From the NCBI GenBank assembly GCA_963514005.1, contig OY740798.1, positions 24,490,001 through 24,554,000 of the forward strand: a stretch of DNA of 64,000 bases, in the 5' to 3' direction. Shown piece after piece: positions 61,667 through 64,000 of the stretch (the first letter of the stretch is position 1; the number at the start of each line of letters is the position of its first letter). The stretch is from Raja brachyura (Eukaryota). The translations under genes were made by a program, and so were the position numbers. The notes beneath the pieces are model-generated. The model did no database searches and had not been told where the DNA came from. It was given only the letters and a program-made list of their open reading frames with translations.

Positions 61667-62233
61667 AGGGCCGTCCCACTGCGGCGACCTAATCTGCGAA
61701 TTTAGAAGTTTGCCCTCGACTCACTCGCGCAGCATGGTCGATACGTGGTCCTAGGAGGTCACTGAAACGCTCATTCATGCTCGAGGGAAGTTCCCGAATA
61801 CTCGCGGCCTCAGCTAGGTCATGGAAAATTGTCCGCGAGTAAAATTTGGTCGGCATGGTTCTTTTTAACTGGTAGTGCAGTACAGTGGGGTCGCAATTTA
61901 GTTACAAGCAGTCAAGGGCAGACGTAGGCAATCGCCGTCACGAACCTGGCATTTTGATTGGCTCATTGGAGTTTTCTGGACCAAGGTAAACCGACCAGTA
62001 GGTAAAATGCCCGCTAAACTTTATTACACTTCTTAAAATTGTATCCACTCCTCTCCCCCCCCCCCCCCATCCCAAGGGATTTCAGACAGCCCTGGCCCCC
62101 GCCTTTGCGATGTGGGGGTGCGTCCGCTCCAGCTCGGGGTTTCAACGCTGACGGTCGATCCAGCTCGAGGTTGTCCAGGCGAGTTTGAACGTTGAACACT
62201 CTTCTTCACTCGTGGATTAGTGGGACAGCCACT
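61667..62233. mobile_element. PIF/Harbinger-like MITE in an IPO7 intron
   Basis: Ends agggccgtcccact ... agtgggacagccact, flanked by TAA/TTA. Confidence 0.68.
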
Positions 62234-62378
62234 TTACTTACTGTCTCAGCAAATGCCACCATTCCAGGAAACAAAATTCAATGTGATCAGATGATATTAC
62301 AAATAGAAAACTAGTGTATCATTTTCTTAACTTTAAAAGCTTCAAAACATACCGTCTAGTTTTCTCCCAAAACCTTAC

Positions 62379-62599
62379 CCTAAAAAGCAGTCTACATCAT
62401 TCAGCCATTGATTAATAAATTGTGTGGTGATTGGCTCAGTATTGTTGGGAAAGTGGAGGTTTTCCAAGGTAGTCAGCAACAGGTGTGGGCTGTAGTATAA
62501 AGCAGCAATGGCAACTTGCAGACACATCGTTCTTAGTTCACTGGTTTTGACTTCTCTCGTCAGCCTCTCAAGTGCAGCTTCCACAAACAGAGGTATGCA
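62379..62599 (-). CDS. IPO7: IPO7 internal exon ([38 protein letters not shown]...[11 protein letters not shown])
   Basis: 221 nt; AG 62600-62601, GT 62377-62378. Confidence 0.97.
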
Positions 62600-63307
62600 C
62601 TAGAAAAAAAAACTGCGTCAACTTCAGTATATAAATGCAAACCTGAAAATGTTGTGCAACTTATCAAGATTTTGAAACACCAAGTTATTGAGGCAACATG
62701 ACCAGTCTTGGAAGCATACAAACGTGGTCCAAAATAGACAAGCGATTTAAACCAGGTATGGCCAAATTGCCAAAATACTTTGACATTACCTAGCTTATTA
62801 AAAAAAAATTGAGATTGGCAAATTTAGATTTACTACCTATCCTCTAAATTTGTTTCAGATGGTGCTGAGCCACTTCATAGAACCACCGTGATCCTCAGCA
62901 TGAAGCAATTCCGTGTCATGAACAGAGTTCAAGTAATTTGACCTCGTAATAGTGAAGGAATAGTGATACATTTTTTAAACAGGAAGATGTGAAACATGGT
63001 ATGAAACTACGTGGTTGTAGAATTCAAATTTGTCACCTTATCCCAGAGAATGTTAGGGGCTTGGTAGATAAAAATAAAGCCTTATCCTGTTGAAGAGCAT
63101 TTGTACGTAGTGCACAATGCAGTCTTTAGTTTACAGTGCACTTCTATTATTGGATAACGCTGTACAGATAACCAAAGAGCAAACTTAACACAATTCCCTC
63201 TATTATCTTAATCAAAACAAGCAAAATAATATTTATTATTCAATGTTTATAGAGCAACATATTGGAAGGTAATCTACATTCAATTAACTGATTTTTACTG
63301 TACTAAC

Positions 63308-63403
63308 CTGATCAATGCCACGCCCTTTGCACTGTAGAATAATCACTTCAAGCAATTTAGCTGCATGGCATTCTGCATCCTCACCTGCATCCCCTGTTAG
63401 CAC
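63308..63403 (-). CDS. IPO7: IPO7 internal exon ([32 protein letters not shown])
   Basis: 96 nt; AG 63404-63405, GT 63306-63307; importin-7 sequence. Confidence 0.96.
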
Positions 63404-63627
63404 CTGAAATAAAATACAATACCTCCATGAAATAAACAGAATAAATGCTGTAGAAATTACAGGGTCCCAGAACATTTGTCTCCTGATAAATGACTGACTC
63501 ATCAAAACTGACAATCAGCCAACTTTGTCAGGACACTTTATTTACTTTTTCTGTCAATTTTATTTTTAAATTATTTCAATTTTATTTTAAGTCTGGGGGA
63601 TGGAGATAAGCTGAGATATACCATTAG

Positions 63628-63890
63628 GGCTGCACAGTGGTAGAGTTGTAGAGCTGATCCTTTACAGCGCCAGAGACCAGGATTCAATCCTGACCTCAGC
63701 TGTTGGCTGTATAGAGTTTGTATGTTCTGCCTGTGACTGCGTGGGCTCTCTCTGGGTGCTCCAGTTCCTACCAGTTTTGCAGGTTAATTGGCACTGTAAA
63801 TTGTCCCTAGCGTGTAGGATAGAACTAGTGTATAGACGCTCGCCTGTCTGCGCGGACTCGGTGGACCAGAGGGCCTGTATCTCTAAATTA
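63628..63890 (+). mobile_element. V-SINE (HE1-like)
   Basis: Same head, V-domain and tail as 21220-21502. Confidence 0.82.
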
Positions 63891-64000
63891 GAAATAGATC
63901 ACAGTAATGAATCTAATCAAGTATATTAGCTGAAAACAGAAAGATGAAAATACTCAGGTAAGACAGCATTTGTGAGAAGGGAAATAATACATCATGATGA

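Noticed and set aside
62845-63065. Possible SNORA23 H/ACA snoRNA (IPO7 hosts SNORA23 in mammals)
   Set aside because: The resemblance is superficial. The stretch fits a decayed, common elasmobranch LINE end better, and I could not identify a convincing hairpin-H-hairpin-ACA structure. The usual host intron is further 5', outside this window. An Infernal search would settle it.

Overview
Vertebrate genomic DNA. The repeat content (HER1-type CR1 LINEs, HE1-type V-SINEs, abundant Penelope-like tails) points to a cartilaginous fish, probably a skate or ray (inference). Two genes lie in tandem on the minus strand, in the same order as in human: the last six coding exons and 3' UTR of IPO7 (importin-7; CDS 63403->55851), and the 5' part of ZNF143/Staf (first exon ending at 30670; coding exons 2-8 from 16787 to 3794; the remaining zinc-finger exons lie beyond the left edge). 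All 13 coding exons have canonical splice sites and join in frame. The intergenic region holds a two-LTR Mag-like Gypsy element (33440-45152, 5-bp TSD, tRNA-Ser PBS). It sits inside a CR1 and itself hosts a rearranged CR1 containing an L1 (14-bp TSD), plus two inverted copies of a TIR element with 7-bp TSDs, one of which carries a structured non-autonomous retroelement. Most notable signals: (1) minimal hammerhead-ribozyme motifs in the Penelope-like tails, including a stand-alone 95-bp unit with its own 13-bp TSD; (2) a ZNF143 5' region with a 3x38-bp promoter repeat, an in-frame upstream ATG, an 80-codon overlapping uORF and a candidate second first exon; (3) the inverted pair of 7-bp-TSD transposons. 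Boundaries are exact where TSDs or splice sites are quoted and approximate otherwise. Family names come from recognition, not from database searches.
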